From a virus (lineage: Duplodnaviria > Caudoviricetes), in the IMG/VR virus record IMGVR_UViG_3300024999_000119, positions 1 through 58,302 of that record: a DNA stretch of 58,302 bases. One strand, 5' to 3'. The translations under genes were made by a program, and so were the position numbers. The number at the start of each line of letters is the position of its first letter. Position 1 is the stretch's first letter. Below are positions 57,062 to 58,302 of this stretch, one piece after another. The notes below the pieces were generated by a model. The model saw only the letters and a program-made list of their open reading frames with translations, did no database searches and was not told the DNA's origin.

Positions 57062-57078
57062 CTTCGTTAGAAGAATAA
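57049..57078. repeat. 13-bp direct repeat duplicating the gene end
   Basis: gttagaagaataa at 57049-57061 and 57066-57078. Confidence 0.7.
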
Positions 57079-57089
57079 ATACAATATCC

Positions 57090-57206
57090 TTAAATTCTTC
57101 ATTAGATGAGTTTTAAGACACTTTCTCTTTCTACCCATAAGTTTATATGGATTTTATATTAAAGTGTCTTAGAAGTGAAGATAGATGCCTTAAATGTGAT
57201 TCTGTA
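57090..57206. repeat. Dispersed element, copy B
   Basis: taagacacttt (57114-57124) / aaagtgtctta (57161-57171) IR around ctacccataagtttatatgg. Confidence 0.75.
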
Positions 57207-57237
57207 ATACATATATAGATAAGATATGTTAAAGAAT

Positions 57238-57271
57238 AAAAAAAAAGAAGAGAAATCAATCTCTTCTTTTC
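57238..57271. terminator. Bidirectional terminator where the two arms converge
   Basis: aaaagaagaga-aatcaa-tctcttctttt. Confidence 0.8.
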
Positions 57272-57374
57272 ACTAAGATAAGGTTAAATAAGCGTGGATG
57301 TTATATTTATAGATGCACTACCCACTTTTCCCAACTACGAAAATAATTAATCATTATCAAATTATCGAAATAAT

Positions 57375-57995
57375 TTATATATCTTTCCAAGTTTTATTAT
57401 TTAATACATCAGAAATAATACGTGGTGAGATAGAATAAGCTATTGCTAATTCTTTTTGTTTAATTTCCGGTATAAGTAGTTTTATATTTCTAATTTCATT
57501 AACAAAATCCCAGTTTAATTTTGTGGTTCTTCGGTTTTGACTATTTGTAGCAATAGTAACCCATCTACAATTATCTGGTGTATAATTTTTGTTGTTATCA
57601 ATTCTATCAATTTGTAAACCTTTTTCCCATCCATTTGCTATACTCCAGTTCAAAAAAGTATTTATCGACATATTCCATTCTTCGCAAACCGAAATTCCAC
57701 GTTCACCATAATATTTGTAGTTCTTACTATTTGAATTATTACATCTATCTTTCATCTTGATCCATGTATCATATAATGCATGTTGACGAAAGCCATGTTT
57801 TATACGATTACATCCACAACTGTTTGCTTTCCTAGTTTTGGCATCCGCTATTATAGTTTCAAATTCTTTTCCACAATGACATTTAAATCTTGCTTTTCTT
57901 ACTATCTTGCCAGAATAGATATATGGTTCAATTTCACATAAAAAAGTTAAATTATTGATAATTTGATTTGGTTGGTATTCAATTTTTGCAGGCAT
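57375..57995 (-). CDS. HNH-type homing endonuclease
   Basis: CHCG, SCGC, WIKMKDRC, YGERGISVCEEW, IDRIDNNKNYTPDNCRW; GGAG RBS before MPAK. Confidence 0.85.
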   Translation of the reverse strand: MPAKIEYQPNQIINNLTFLCEIEPYIYSGKIVRKARFKCHCGKEFETIIADAKTRKANSCGCNRIKHGFRQHALYDTWIKMKDRCNNSNSKNYKYYGERGISVCEEWNMSINTFLNWSIANGWEKGLQIDRIDNNKNYTPDNCRWVTIATNSQNRRTTKLNWDFVNEIRNIKLLIPEIKQKELAIAYSISPRIISDVLNNKTWKDI

Positions 57996-58028
57996 GATAA
58001 ACTCCGTATTTATTTGTTCCGTAATATT

Positions 58029-58086
58029 AAAGCAAGAAACGGATTCGGAATATCCGCTTATCGAGTTGCAATCTCTATCTTGCTTT
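58029..58086 (-). ncRNA. Candidate structured 5' leader of the HNH gene
   Basis: 9-bp closing stem aaagcaaga/tcttgcttt enclosing two small hairpins, just downstream of TTGAAA-17-TATATT. Confidence 0.4.
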
Positions 58087-58141
58087 GTAAATATACTAAA
58101 TACATTAACTAATTTCAATTTTATGCTTTTAGCTTACCATC

Positions 58142-58302
58142 TTAAATTAAATCAAATGGAATAACTGGAGTTCTTTTGAACTCCCACCATTCTTTTCCTT
58201 CGGAGAATTCTCTTTCTCCCCAACTTCCATCCCTAAACCATATTATACCTGTAATATGATTAGTAGTATCATAATTATCATAATTATCATATTCATCAAT
58301 TT
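58142..58302 (-). CDS. 3' part of a conserved phage hypothetical protein (..GIIWFRDGSWGERE..EWWEFKRTPVIP)
   Basis: Open to the window end; fits as the C-terminus of 1..175. Confidence 0.7.
   Translation of the reverse strand, partial: IDEYDNYDNYDTTNHITGIIWFRDGSWGEREFSEGKEWWEFKRTPVIPFDLI

Noticed and set aside
1-58302. CRISPR array, tRNA genes, integrase or prophage boundaries
   Set aside because: No regularly spaced repeats, cloverleafs, recombinase motifs or host genes seen by eye; a tRNAscan/CRISPR search would confirm

Overview
The window is a strongly AT-rich dsDNA bacteriophage genome with podovirus-type architecture, and it is probably close to complete: its two ends look like the two halves of one minus-strand gene. 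Layout: a short leftward arm (57375-58302 and 1-2865); a divergence point near 2970-3140; a rightward early/replication arm (RadC/JAB, DUF932-like, Sak4-like ATPase, SSB, AEP primase-SF4 helicase, RuvC-like resolvase, MazG-like, GIY-YIG, adenine MTase, M15 endolysin, many small ORFs); then portal, scaffold, major capsid, three ring/adaptor paralogues, tail fibre, a Tad1-like anti-defence protein, holin/spanin, nozzle, ejection proteins, a 4008-aa protein, terminase and HNH endonucleases. The main finding is the 4008-aa protein. It looks like a crAss/phi14:2-gp66-type virion two-barrel polymerase (GKDFDID) fused to Rho-N-like, transglutaminase-like, HIRAN-like and zincin domains, and it has Ala where the 2'-OH-sensing Arg is expected. 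No DNA polymerase gene is recognisable. Three T/G-rich leaders (two nearly A-free) sharing TGGGTATGT precede the putative first-expressed genes and are candidate promoters for this enzyme. Also notable: a dispersed ~90-bp phased inverted-repeat element (4 copies, one in frame inside the giant gene), an integron-cassette-like gene, and five interrupted accessory genes. All family assignments come from recognising motifs by eye; no searches were run.
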